Counted from the stretch's first letter, positions 26,301 through 38,800 are shown. The stretch is DNA of 64,000 nucleotides from Lingula anatina (GCA_051362555.1 CM120647.1:13182651-13246650); one strand, 5' to 3'. The notes: a model not told the origin generated them from the sequence alone. Numbers and translations are program-made.

Positions 26301-29300
26301 GTTTCATAGTACCAATTTTGACACTTCACTCCACCGTTGAGTCACCCATGATCACCCAAAATGTTTTTAGGCGTCCATTTGTCTTTTCCAGGGAACACCC
26401 TACGTCTTTTGACCACACAGCAACAGCAACAGATGCAAACTCCCCCCATGAACAACTCCAACTCCCAGCAGCAGAACAACATGGGTAAGTTCACCCCCTC
26501 TCCTGGCTTAAGAGGTCAACATGTTGTATTTCTGAATTAACCATTTAATAACCATGTTCATCTCCGAGTGGGTTGTGTACACTTCCTAGTTATATTGCAT
26601 TAGATGTTCACTCTTCTAGGTTGGTGGGACACCTGACACAACTAACACACTCAACATGCTGATATTGTGTTCAGTAGACTCAAAATTGTAGTTTACAGCA
26701 CATTGGTATTTCATAATTATCTTTTTGAAGTGATGTATGGTATGCAGGTGAATGTGGAAAAGATTTCATTGGATTTCTTTATGGAAGTAGAACCGAGTTT
26801 AATTTAAAGGCCAAAAAAATAAGATAAGGGTCCTTTTGGACTATTTGTGAAACCTGAATGAAGTTTCTGAAGATTTTGTAGAGACTGAAGACTGGTAAAA
26901 AATACAAGGTGAGATTCTTTAGATTCTGTTTAGATTTTTAAGCAAATAAAATTCAAAGCATTGTGAATACATATTTTTGGTCTCTGGTCATTTGTGAAGC
27001 AGGTCTCCCAAGTGACAGGAACTGAATTAGGGGCACCTGTTTACTGAAGTCCAATCCACATCCACCCAGCATACCTTATTATCTCACTAATAACATCACT
27101 TTGTGGCATCATTGCACAATGTACTGGTGGGTTACTATGGGTGGGAGGGCCTAGAAGGATATTTGGACCCCAAAATGGCTTGCAGAATACCCCTCTCCCG
27201 CACTGGCTGCATTCTGTGGAAGTTTGTTCCATCTAAAAAGTTTATTTTCCCCATTCCACCCCCTTTTCCCCTCTGCACTAATCTCAGTTCATGGTTTAGT
27301 TCTCTTGTAGGTGGTTATACTATTCCAGTAAGCAGCAAAGTTCTGAGTAAACAAACTTCAGTAACCTCGGCCTTAACACCCAACCCCCTTTCCCCACCGC
27401 AGCTTACCTCCACCCCATCCCCGTGTATCAGTCACAGTTCACACTCTAGTTCTCTTGTAGGTGGTTACACCACTCCAGTCAGCAGCAGTTTGTTCACTCC
27501 TATCACAAGTAATCTGGGGCTAACACCACAGCAGCAACAACAGCAGCAGAGTGGGGCCAGCTATCAGAGCAATATGGGCTCTATGGGCAACCTCGGGACA
27601 ATGGGCAGTACAGCAGGTGTGATAGGGACTGGTAGGTTTAGTTGGCTGCATGTGGGGAGGGCGGGTCCCGCGTAGATTGGGGGAGATGTACGCTGGCTGG
27701 CTGCTCCGTGTTCTGCGTCACTGCTGCCTTGTCTGTTATATTGTGCTATTCTTGGGGGGTGATGACTTGGGTGTTACGGCATGTTTTTTTTTTTTTTTTT
27801 TTTGTTTTAAGGAAGGAAGAAAGAAATGAAAAGAAGAACTGAAGAAAAAGGGGAGGAAACTTGTAAAAAGTCTTTTTAATGGGGGGGGGGGTCTGAATTT
27901 TCAGGTTTGTGAAATGCTATTGGTTTATGAAGAAGAAAAGAAAAAATTGATTTGTTTTGTGGTTTCTATTAGCTTCTGCCAAACTCTTAGCTTATTTCAC
28001 GTCCTCGACCAATGCAGGTTGGGATGAAACTTGAATTAAGTAGATAGATAATTGCTGCCAATTTGTTTGCCACTGCCAAATGTGGTTGAATGTGGAAATG
28101 GCCCCATTTTTTCCCCACCCAAGACAAGACGGCAGCTGATCTAGGGGCAGTCCAGTACTAACCAGGCCTTCGCTGTACAACCCACAGACACTCACTAGAG
28201 CATGGAGGGGGAGGAGTATCTGTACTCTCTTACCACTGTGATGTACTGATACAGATTTAAGCTAATGATTTTATCATCCAACAGGAAAACAGTTGTCTCA
28301 TTCATGGGGTTGTCTTGCTACAGAAACGTCAACAAGAATCCAGAACAGTTTACAGCATGAAATTTTGTTAAACATTTTTTTGCTGAATCAGAAGTTTGAT
28401 TCATTCCTCAGCAGTGCTTTAGAAATAATTCAGGAAATTTAATGCTGTTTTAACATTTGGCAAATCTTTGATTTTTAATTCACTAGGAGGAAAATGCCCT
28501 TTTTTTACTCAGCTTACAATCAAATACCTTCTCACTTGTACTAAAAAAATTGATAAGATATACCACTTCTTATGTTACAAAGTATTTTCCCATAATGGTG
28601 GAGGGGGGTTACTGAAACTAGATTTTGGGGTAAAAAAAAGTACTGTCAACCGTTCTCTAGCTCAGTGTCTGTGGCTTCTACAGCATCATGTTTTCCCTAA
28701 CTCTCTTATTTATGAAGTTAGCGTAGATCATAAAACACAGATTGTCAATGCCTCACCTCTCTGTTCTGCAAGACTCACTGGGTTCCTGTGAAAGATTCTG
28801 ATGCTGAAAACAAAACACCTGCATGATATGGCCCATATATTGGAGAAAAAGTTTTTATATCGGAGAATGTATTGGATATTTGAAGGGAAAAAAAAGAATT
28901 ATAAGGGATCCAGGTGAAATTCTTGTTGCCAGAATTCATCAACAATTTACTTTTAATGACGGTATGCATTTCCCATGCTGTTGAAAGACAGCAAATACAT
29001 TGTTTGAAGTTCGATGTTTTCCCAATTGAGTGATGCAGATATAAAGAGGTTTCTAGGGCAGAGTTGCAGTAAACAACTTCCATACGGTAGCTGTATTTGT
29101 GGCCATTTCTTTGGTCCTTACTTAAGAAAGTAGAACCTTGATTGCAATCACCACAAATCACAGATGAAATTCGATGTTCCTCAATATGCCGAAGCTTGAT
29201 TGCAATATCTGTGTGTAATCCTATTGAATGGCGCTCAGCATCACTGCTCTGACCTAGAAAATTGCAATTGAGAGAATTTCACATGGTGCAAGTTTGCATC

Positions 29301-32300
29301 TAGCTTCAAACTTTCTAAAGACAGGACTAAAAATTATGATGTGAAAAATGGTTTTGAATGCAGCTGCTAAAACATTGGAGCATATTCTCTGAAGTTTGTG
29401 AATTACAAATCTCATTTGATTATGTTTCTCTTGCACAGGAACCTGTACTGTTCTGATGTATTGGAGATATTTACATGAGATGATTTGTAAATTTCAAATT
29501 TTCTTGAGAGTGGGCTCTGGATGGGATTTGCTTTTCAAATTTTATAAATAATGTGTCCTGTTTTTTATATCATTTAATAATTTGTTGGATTTTATTATTT
29601 AAAAGAATGGCACAAAATTTAAATGAATCACCTTGCAAGTATGCTTGATTCAACTTTCCAGAAGAAATACATAAATGAGGATGCAAAATGTTATAGCTTT
29701 GATATCTGCTTATAAGGATGAATATATTTAATGTTTATCTTTGCAGACCTTTATTGACTGGCTTTAATGAAAACAAACCTCATCCACGTTTTGAGTGTAT
29801 GTTTGTCTACTCTGTTGAAACTAACTACTAACTTGCCCAAATAACATGTAGAGTCATAGAGTATGACATATTGTACCCATGTTTAAAAGTTGGTACACTG
29901 TATGTATCCATTTGTTTACTGTATTCATGGGTACAGTATGTATTTATTGGTACACTGAATATCCATTACGTACAATATATCCACTACTGTATGTCCATTG
30001 GTACACTGTATATCCATGATATACAATATATCCACTGTTTATCCAGTGGTATATATTGGTACACTATATGTAAACACTGTATTTTTGGTATACAGAAAAT
30101 AATGGGTGGAGTCATCGATTGAAGAATTTTGATAAAGCTGATATGGACTTTCATAAAATAAGAATTAAAGATTAACTTTAAGATGTGAGAGCTAAAAGTG
30201 CTTTGTTATCCTGGGTTTCTATAAATGTTGCTTGCCTAAATGAATGATATGTGATTCATCTGGCTTCTGCTGTTAGAAAATAATATTTGCCTGGCTTGGA
30301 ATGCACAAGGGAATCAGAATCTGGGACAATTTATCTGTTGTATGTGTTTGTTAGCATGTATTAAAGACATCAACTGTTACAGGCTTGCCGAACTCTGGCC
30401 GTCGAGACTCGCTGACGGGATCTCTGGATTACAAGCGTCAGATCCCGTCAATGAGCCCCTTCTACAACACGGCTGGCCTGGGAGGGATCAATTCCCCCGC
30501 CGGCCCCATGGGACTGGTACAACCAGCGCAGTCGCTGACACCACCACCATCATTGTCTGGATCAAACTCCAGTTTAGGACTTGGTAAGGGTGTGGTCTGT
30601 ATGATTAAAAGTTGTGGATGTGGGCAGTTCTGGCAAAAAGATGGGCTGATTTTAATTTTGTGTATTTAATAAGACAGAAACCTAAAATAGTTCTATGAAG
30701 ACAGAGACAAATATGAAGTAAAAGAAATTCCTTAGCCAGAATAAGGAGAAAAACACATTGAGAGGGAGTGAGGATAAAACAAACAAATACACTAACCCAT
30801 TTCTACTGGAAAAAGAAAAAAATATTTTGCTAAAAAAGTGCCTTCAGGTCTCTCCATTCTTAACCCAGTTCTTCAATGTTTCAGGCCTAGGCAGCAGTGG
30901 CAGGCTGTATTCCCCAGCCCCAGGGGCGGAGGCCAAGCTGCGTAATGGCAGCCTCGGCTCTGGGGGTCTTTTTGGCAACACCCTGTTCCCCAGCAGCAAG
31001 TCTGGGCTGCGTACAGCTAGTCTCTCCAAAGAAGTCACGGGGCGTAGCAGGCTGCTGGAGGACTTCAGGAACAACCGTATCCCTAACCTCCAGCTGAAGG
31101 ATCTTCTGCACCATGTGGTGGAGTTCTCACAAGACCAGCATGGGTCAAGGTAGGTCAAGGTCAAGGTTGGTCAAGGTCACTGGGGCAGGTGGTTCATTCA
31201 CCTTTCCACAGATAATTACGCACATGTGCCATCTATGTTATTCATGCTACATTCTGGTCTAGATATGTACATTGCTATTTCCAGTCAAGCAGATGCAGCT
31301 CCATTGCTGCTGGAAGTAGGCATGATCACACAACCAGAACAAATGGGTTAACTGTGTATGTCCTTTTCTGTGGAAAGATGCATTGTTGGGGTCTTATTGT
31401 TTTTGAGCCTGGTGTTAATGCATGACAAAAGATTTACAAGTTGGATGATTTACTGTAAGCATATACTTTCTTCAAACATAGTAAATACTATTGCATGGTT
31501 GTACTTTATCCAACACTTTGTCATCCATGTGAGCTGGACTTGTTCTGGCTTTACTTGGCTCTGTCTTTGTGGCGTATGGGAGCTGAATACCCCCACAAGG
31601 GGTTTGAGGCATATTCCCTTTCCACAGTGTTGGAGAGTAACCAAGTCCCTGGTCCTCTGTGACTGGTGTGGACTGAACCTTGCATATTCCATCAACTTTC
31701 TGTAGTCACTAGTTGACCTTGACAGAGGAGAAAGACCATGCAAGGTACATTTCATGTCTAGGGAAACAGACATGCTGAAACTGTCAGTCCGATCGGTCAT
31801 GACCGACAAATGTTTTAAGAACCACAATTTTGAATTTACAGTCATCATTCGACATCCTTCACTAATATAATTATATAAAACCCAAAGCATTTTCCCCCTC
31901 CATTTCAAACCTTTCACATTCACAAACAAACTAAGCTACCTAATCGTACTGGTGGTATCTGTCTCAAACGAATAGGGCGATTTTCAGTCCAACAAAAATC
32001 CATTCGGTGCAACAAAATTTTTCATTACTGCCGGTCCAAATGTCTGGCCATTCTGAAAAGTTTTCAGCATGTCTGGGGAAATAAGATAAATTTGAGTAAG
32101 TCTACTCTCTACCCCTTTTGTTCAGATTGTAGTGAGCTTTAGGCTTATATAAACCAGAAAGGTGAGTAGTGACACCTCTGATTACATTGCCCAGTATCCT
32201 TAACCACCATCAGGTTATCTAGCTATAATGCCCTCTTTAAGTTTAAGCATTATAAATGTCCTTGTGAATGTGCATGTTTCTCATATTTTAATTATCTTCA

Positions 32301-35283
32301 TTAATTAATGTTTATGATTGTGTTCCGTCAGGTTTATCCAGCAGAAACTGGAGCGTGCCACGCCCGCAGAGAAAGCCATGGTGTTCAACGAGATTCTTAC
32401 CGCAGCCTATAGCCTGATGACGGACGTGTTTGGCAACTACGTGATACAGAAGTTCTTTGAGTTTGGAACCACGGAGCACAAGCAGACCCTTGCGCAACGT
32501 GTGCGCGGCCACGTGCTCCAGCTGGCCCTGCAGATGTATGGGTGTCGTGTGATCCAGAAGGCGCTGGAGTCTATACCCCCTGACATGCAGGTGAGGACAG
32601 ACACCTGTCTTACATTGAGGCCCTCTTCACATCCAAGTGGTGCAGTTCTCTGTATCACACCAGTTTGACTGGTACCAAGTTGCAGTTACGAGAGAGAGGG
32701 TTTTACTCCCTTTCCCAAGCCCCAGTGTACGGATCAGAATTAGGTGACTGTTGTACAAAACACTAGATGGGCTAAGTTGGCATTGTATCATTCAGCTTTT
32801 CACAGATAATGACCGTGGTTGTGGTATCATGCCTATTACTTTGATGGCTTGCATGATAAACCCATTTTGCGCATCACTGGAAACTGGCATGACACCTCAA
32901 CTAGCAGAAATGGGTTCATTGTGCGTGCAGATCTCTGTCTTAATCTGTGGAAAGCTGAATACTGGACTGATACAAAAATCTGTACTTCCTGATGTGAAGA
33001 GGGCCATACCTCTAGTCTCACTTTCAGTTGTTTATATATGGTAACTTTCCTGCAGGATCAACCACAACAGTTCTGTTAAGAGACTAAGCATATCTCTCCG
33101 TGTATTTCTTTTTATAGCCTTACCCAAACAGTGTAGCATATAATCTCATGTCCGCCTTGTGTTCAGTGAAAAAATACATAAATAATTTTTGTCATGCCTT
33201 CCCACAGTACACTGAAACCTCTAGACATCTCTGTGTATATATCTTGTCATGCCTTCGTGGTGTACAGTGAAAAATATCAATATCTAAATGTATTTCCGCC
33301 ATGCCCTGCCCAACAAGTAAACTGTAGCATATATCTCTTACTTATTTATCTTGCCCCATCAATGTGACCAGTAGCATATGTCTCTCTATATATTTCCTGT
33401 GGTACGCAGCCTCACCAGTGCGTTGACATTGTCGTGTCACAGGTGGAGATCGTGAAGGAGCTGGACGGCCATGTGCTGAAGTGCGTCAAGGATCAGAACG
33501 GCAACCATGTGGTGCAGAAGTGCATTGAATGCGTGGAGCCCAAGCACCTGCAATTCATCATTGATGCTTTCAAGGGCCAGGTAATTAGATGTAATAGCAT
33601 TGTGGTCATATTTGTTGGGAATGTTTTTGCACAGTTTTTTTATTACATTTAATTTCCGTCTTCATCCGTGAAGATACGTGGAAATTAGGGAAAAAATAAG
33701 TCTGGCAATGAAATTAATCATATATATATATATATGATGGGAATATTTAGTAATGGGTATATGAAGTAAGTAAATAGTACAAAAAATCACTCATTTTTGC
33801 ATGAACCACTGTCACTTTCTAAAGAATGTTAAATGATGTGCCATCATTAGAAAATAAGATTTATTTTGTTTGTGTGTGTGGGGGGGAGGTGAATTAAATT
33901 AAAATAAATAATATATTTTTGGAGGGAAAAATATTCTGATTTTATGTTGATATTTGAGCAGGTGTTTGCTCTGTCCACCCATCCTTACGGCTGCCGCGTG
34001 ATCCAACGCATTCTGGAGCACTGCGTCCCAGAACAGACGCACGGGATACTGGAGGAGCTGCACCAGCACACAGAGCGTCTGGTGCAGGACCAGTACGGTA
34101 ACTACGTGATACAGCACGTACTGGAGCATGGCAGCCCCGAGGACAAGAGTAAGATTGTGAATGAGCTGCGCGGGAAGGTTCTGGTCCTTAGCCAGCACAA
34201 GTTTGCCAGGTAAGAGCATATTCATAACAACGGACTAACAAGTCCCTGGATCAAATATGGCGACCCATTTAAAGCTTGTCACTTTAATACTTATTAGATG
34301 CTAAAAATTCCCAGCATGGATTGTGCAACAAATAATCAAGTGGGTCAGCCATATTTAATCTGCGGATCTGTTAGTTCGCTGTTCTGAAAGCACTTTCAGA
34401 GGTGATCTATCAGTTGGTGAAAATGGGTTTCAACTACCAAAATGTTGCATTGAAAACATAAAAAGCATTTGATGTTGAGGTGCAAGTACATGAATTATCA
34501 ATAGAGGAAAGGAATATTCTGCTGTTGAGTGCCTAAGGTATGTACAGGAATGTTCTTTCATTAACAGTAATGTGTATTGGATCTTAAACCAACCCAACAC
34601 TTGGTCATCCAGGTTAGCTGGACTTGTTCTGGCTTTACTTGGCTCTGTCTTTGTGGCGTGTGGGAGCTGAATACCCCCACAAGGGGTTTGAGGCATATTC
34701 CCTTTCCACAGTGTTGGAGATCAACCAAGTCCCCGGTCCTCTGTGACTGGTGTGGACTTAACCTTGCATATTCCATCAACTTTCTGTAGTCACTAGTTGA
34801 CCTTGACAGAGGAGAAAGACCATGCAAAGTACACTTATTTATTTTGTTGAAGAACAAATCAACTTAATTATGTCTATTGATATGATTTTTAAATCTGTTA
34901 GTATCGTGACCTTTTGTCCATCAATGCATCACTAGAGTGCTAGTCCAAGTTTTTGACTTTTGTCCATCTTTTGCAACTTGCATATATTCTCCTGAACATA
35001 AACGCTCACTTTGGTTCTTCCAATGAAATTGCCATTCCCTGTATATATGAGAGAGAACAGCTCAGGTAAAGTTATTCTTCATCCTATATTTCAGCAATGT
35101 GGTGGAGAAGTGTGTCTCCCACTGCTCCAGGTCAGAGAGGGCCATGATGATTGATGAAGTCTGCAGCATGCAGGATGGGTAAGCTCAGTTCTAAGATTGA
35201 CCAGTAAAAGAGGCAGAGGTGTCTTGGAATTATATGGATATTTGGGTGTCATATTTATGCCCTTTCCACCCCTTCCTTGCTGG

Positions 35284-35329
<46 letters not shown>

Positions 35330-35846
35330 GAAATCGCAATGACTGTTAATTGTTAAATGTTAGTTCCAGTATCACAGTCATTCATCTTTATCATTCTTAT
35401 CCTGCTGAACAGCTCAAACCATTCACTCGTTTAAAATTGAGTGAACAGACGAAACAGGTAAATCATATATCTGGATCTGTCATAAATGAACATTTTCTGT
35501 CCGTCATTCACATGTTTGTTTCACTATGTCCAATTCCTCATACAACACCATGATGAGGTATCCGTTACGTTCATTCACCTGTATGTATATATATATACAT
35601 TTCAGGGTGCACAGTGCCTTATACACCATGATGAAGGATCAGTTTGCCAACTACGTGGTTCAGAAGATGATCGACGTGGCGGAGCCGGCACAGCGCAAAA
35701 TTCTGATGCACAAGATCCGTCCTCATGTGTCCACGCTGCGGAAGTACACCTACGGCAAGCACATCTTGGCCAAACTGGAGAAGTATTACATGAAGAACAA
35801 CTCCGACCTGGGACCCATTGGATTGCCGCCAAATGGAGGGATGTAA
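7912..35846 (+). CDS. PUM: Pumilio homolog (PUF RNA-binding protein), ~1072 aa
   Basis: 19 GT-AG exons with continuous frame (3219 nt): 7912-8136, 8965-9036, 15853-15967, 16698-16795, 17088-17230, 18046-18316, 18681-18786, 21235-21324, 22964-23221, 23472-23612, 26392-26484, 27461-27631, 30383-30583, 30885-31149, 32332-32590, 33443-33580, 33962-34209, 35095-35178, 35606-35846. N-terminal motifs [24 protein letters not shown]; PUM-HD from [13 protein letters not shown] through [20 protein letters not shown] to [16 protein letters not shown]. Confidence 0.96.
10400..11520 (-). mobile_element. piggyBac-like non-autonomous element
   Basis: TTAA flanks (10396-99, 11521-24), CCCCATAG/CTATGGGG termini; two copies of an acidic N-terminal-like remnant (MAAPHYG...[20 protein letters not shown]) on the minus strand at ~10960-11340. 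Confidence 0.6.
13604..14900. mobile_element. hAT-type MITE with 5-bp TSD
   Basis: TIR CAGTGTTTCCCCTG / CAGGGGAAACACTG; TGTAT on both sides (13599-13603, 14901-14905). Confidence 0.8.
15510..15852 (+). repeat. ~29-bp minisatellite ending in the pumilio exon 3 splice acceptor
   Basis: About 11-12 units of TTTTCTATCCAAATTGTAATCTGTCCTCA; last unit TTTTTAATCCAG is the acceptor. Confidence 0.85.
15972..16192. repeat. Compound (GA)n/(GT)n repeat
   Basis: Directly visible, with GAATTGTTGGG spacers. Confidence 0.9.
17540..17782 (+). ncRNA. SNORA73: U17/snR30 (SNORA73)-like box H/ACA snoRNA, copy 1 (pumilio intron 5)
   Basis: 5' stem CCAACAC/GTGTTGG; U17-like GGCTCTGTC..GTGG.GTA.GGGAGC and CCCTTTCCACA; H box AGATCA 17664-69; m1 ATATTCC 17714-20; m2 AGACCAT 17763-69 closed by CCTTGCA/TGCAAGG; ACA 17777-79 +3 nt. 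Confidence 0.9.
19789..20232. mobile_element. PIF/Harbinger-like MITE with internal ~21-bp tandem repeat
   Basis: 29-bp TIR GCTGCATTCACACCAGAAGTAACTTAGAC vs GTCTAAGTTAGTTCTGGTGTGACTGCAGC (2 mismatches). Confidence 0.7.
20723..20907. mobile_element. Palindromic MITE (related copy at ~34225-34390)
   Basis: Long arms CAGACTAACTAGTCCACGAATCAAATATGGC / GCCATATTTGATCTGTGGACCAGTTAGTCTG. Confidence 0.7.
23929..26269 (-). mobile_element. Defective hAT (ZNF862-like transposase) element with 6-bp TSD, frameshift, intron and internal inversion
   Basis: TIR CAGTGATACAGAAAC / GTTTCTGTATCGCTG; GCATAG at 23923-28 and 26270-75. Minus strand: zinc-finger-like N-terminus (W..W..L...MFCTLC), DESCD, GSDGAS, then after an AT-rich intron [14 protein letters not shown]. 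hAT dimerization domain ([21 protein letters not shown]) on the plus strand 24208-24555. Confidence 0.88.
29890..30080. repeat. Degenerate minisatellite (TGGTACACTGTATATCCAT core)
   Basis: Core visible 4-5 times. Confidence 0.7.
31510..31752 (+). ncRNA. SNORA73: U17/snR30 (SNORA73)-like H/ACA snoRNA, copy 2 (pumilio intron 14)
   Basis: Near-identical to copy 1; H box AGAGTA 31634-39 (changes only at N positions); ACA 31747-49. Confidence 0.9.
31767..32075. mobile_element. hAT-type MITE with 6-bp TSD
   Basis: TIR CAGACATGCTGAAA / TTTCAGCATGTCTG; GGGAAA at 31761-66 and 32076-81. Confidence 0.8.
34225..34390. mobile_element. Degenerate copy of the 20723-20907 palindromic MITE
   Basis: GGACTAACAAGTCC..GATCAAATATGGC ... 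CAAGTGGGTCAGCCATATTTAATCTGCGGATCTGTTAGTTC. Confidence 0.6.
34594..34836 (+). ncRNA. SNORA73: U17/snR30 (SNORA73)-like H/ACA snoRNA, copy 3 (pumilio intron 17)
   Basis: Near-identical to copies 1 and 2; H box AGATCA, m1/m2 intact, ACA 34831-33. Confidence 0.9.
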
Positions 35847-38800
35847 AATGGAGAAACTAGTGTGAAGGTTTTGTTTCTTATATGAGGACAGCATTGCACT
35901 AGATGCGTGTGCCCCTTAAATAATTGAACTTGTGCAACCAGTGCTGTTATTTTTTTTCTTCAAATGTTTCTAAGTACGTGGCTAAATCTTTTCCTATAGA
36001 CATTTTGTTTTAACTTGGTATGTATACAAATATCTTGGTGTCGGCTTTTGTTTTGGTCAGGAGAAATGCAGTTGAAAGTGTGCAAATATCGCTGCAAACT
36101 GTGCATTTGTTTTTGCTCATTTTATTCAATGGGTGTTTTAATTAATATTTTTCTATTTGTAAATGAGAAAAGTTTTGTTTTATGAAATGACTGAGGTAAC
36201 CTTACAATATGTACATGAAGTGATAGATGTTGCAAAGGGCTTAGTATTTTGCACTTTTTGAAATGGAGCTTTTAATTTTGTGCAGGTCTGTGGATATTTA
36301 GAGTTCTTTTTTTTTTTCTTGGACGACTCTCTTTGTAAGCTTCTCTTGATATCTCATTCATAATGTACAATTACGAATCACACAGCAACACTGGATATGT
36401 ACTCCTTGTAAAGATGATGAAATCACTTGTAAAATATGTAAAATTTTGTATATTAGTTGTATAGTGTATAGTAAGGAATTTCAACAATTCCTTTTTGTAT
36501 TCCTCTTTGCTTGATCTTGTAATTAGGTCATGACCTTGACCTACAGTGACCTCTCTTGCACAAAAATTGTTTTTTTAGGAAAGCGCAGATCACTGACAGG
36601 GGAGCCAAACAATTGGTAAAAATTGTATAGGAGAAGCTTTTTTGTTCTTGTTTTAATTCATAACTTGTAATGTGCTTTCCCATGGACTACTCTTTTTCTC
36701 ACAGACAATCTTGAAAATTTGGGGTAACCAAAGCCCATTGGGACTCTGCTTGCTTTTGCCCATCACTTATGACAGCTAAGGCACCAGCTCCTATTGACCT
36801 TTTTTATATAGATCACAATATACCTATATTCTTACTACATGGTTTTGAAGATAACGTTGAGAGTAGGAGAAGGTAATTCATCTGTTTTCTTTTTAAATTG
36901 CTACGTAAGAATTTTTTTACTGATGGCTGTTTGAAGATAACAAAAGCTAGCTCAGAAACACTTAGTAGTATGGCTGTCAGCTTAAGTGGCAAAAACAGCA
37001 TACATCACTTCATTTATAGATGGTAAATTCTAGTTACCTAAATTGTGCCAGTCATTTTTGATAGTGAAAGCAAGTTTCTGTCACATGATCCCTCAGAGAA
37101 ATGTCTTGTTATGCCATGAGTTTGTACACAATTTCCATCTTGGGTCCTTTTATTGTGGGTGATTCACTTAATTCCCGTTTCCAAAGATCAAGAAAATCTT
37201 ACATTGTAAGGGAGCCTCAGTCATTTCTACTCATAACTCTTCGGCTTTTATTAATATTTTATTTATTTGTTTATATTTGTAATTAACCAAGCTGCATTGT
37301 AAATGGGTAAATAACTGGTATATAGCTGTATAAAGGGAGTTTTTGGAGATATTTTTCATACTATTTGGGGGTCTGTATAAAAAGAAGTATAAAACTAACT
37401 ACCATGAATAGGAATTTACCATGGCCACTGTGCATAATGTACAGGGCTTTGAAGGGTTCCTCTGTATAATCTGAATATAGTTACATTGTATCAAATTGTA
37501 TATGAGACTGTTACCTGCTCTAGGTTAGCAGCGTGGTTGATGTTCTTATTTGTATCATATTGTAGCAGTGTGTGATTTCTAGGCTTGTGGTTAATACTTT
37601 TATATACGAATATATGTTGGGGTGTTGAACAATGTGAAAAAAAAATGCTTCAGAAAAAGTGGTCAAGCTATATTTAGGCTGTCCGAATTATACTGAGTTG
37701 GTCACTTTTGGCAGCCAGTTTGGAAGTAGTAGGTAGAGAGATATTTTTCCCATTTGGTGAAATTGTAGGCTCACATTATATGATATTATATTGGTGTATT
37801 TATTAGTCCTATTTCAATAAAACATCTAACTGCTTTGCAAAGAGATGTGTTATAATGAATAGTTATAGGTATTAATTTTGGAAAGTTGAGTGATTTTTCA
37901 TTATTGTTCAGTGTGTGTAGCATTTATACATATAAAATATAAAACACTGGTGTGTGGTGTTTTTACCAGGGGAATGCTTTGTTTTCCATGAGTGAATTAA
38001 TTGAATATCACTGCCTTAGGCAGATCATTGTAATGTGAATGCTATTATATAAAATCTGTAAAGATGTAATAATATTAAAATAATGATAATTTCATAAATA
38101 CATAATGTATGTATGTATGAGGCATTGTAAAGAATTCACGTAGCTTGGCTAGTAAAATTGGTAGTCGGGCAAATTTGTATATATAGAGACATAAAGGGAG
38201 ATGCAATGTCGAACCTGTTTTCACCTTAAATTTTGGATTAAGGCGCATTGGACGTATTGCTTTTCTCTTTTGAAACTTTTTGCAAATTGCACTACAAATT
38301 GAGCTATATGTATATTAGATAAGATATGTTATTTTACCTTTGAAGAAAATGTCTGTAGAATTAATCATCATTACGTCCTGTTGCATGTGGTTTGGCAGAA
38401 TTTAACAATTTTTTTTTTCTCACATGTGGTCCTGTTTTTACTGGCCATACTGTTAGGTGCAGGTAAAGAGCTGTTATAGAGAAAGAAAGAATGGCTGGCA
38501 ACTTTTGTTTTGTGTATGATATGCTTAATATGTACTTCACCACAATTTGTACACTTCACTCTTGTATCCATTGAAGCTTCAATGTTGATTGTACTATATG
38601 TATTATGATGACGATTGTACTTGTATGTATATTATGTATAACCAGGTTACTGGCATCAACTCGCAGGGGGCCTGGCAACAGATGGCGCTGGTCACACTTC
38701 ACCCAATCAGCTCAGCTTTTCTTTCCGAATGATCTTAATATATAGTTCATGGAAACTTCGGTTCAGTAGTGGTAATAGAACCTTAGTTAATGCTCGGAGA

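Noticed and set aside
17510-34857. Thrice-repeated Cys/Trp-rich ORF ([15 protein letters not shown]...) and its antisense ORF
   Set aside because: These are translations of the U17-like snoRNA copies; similarity boundaries follow RNA boxes, not codons
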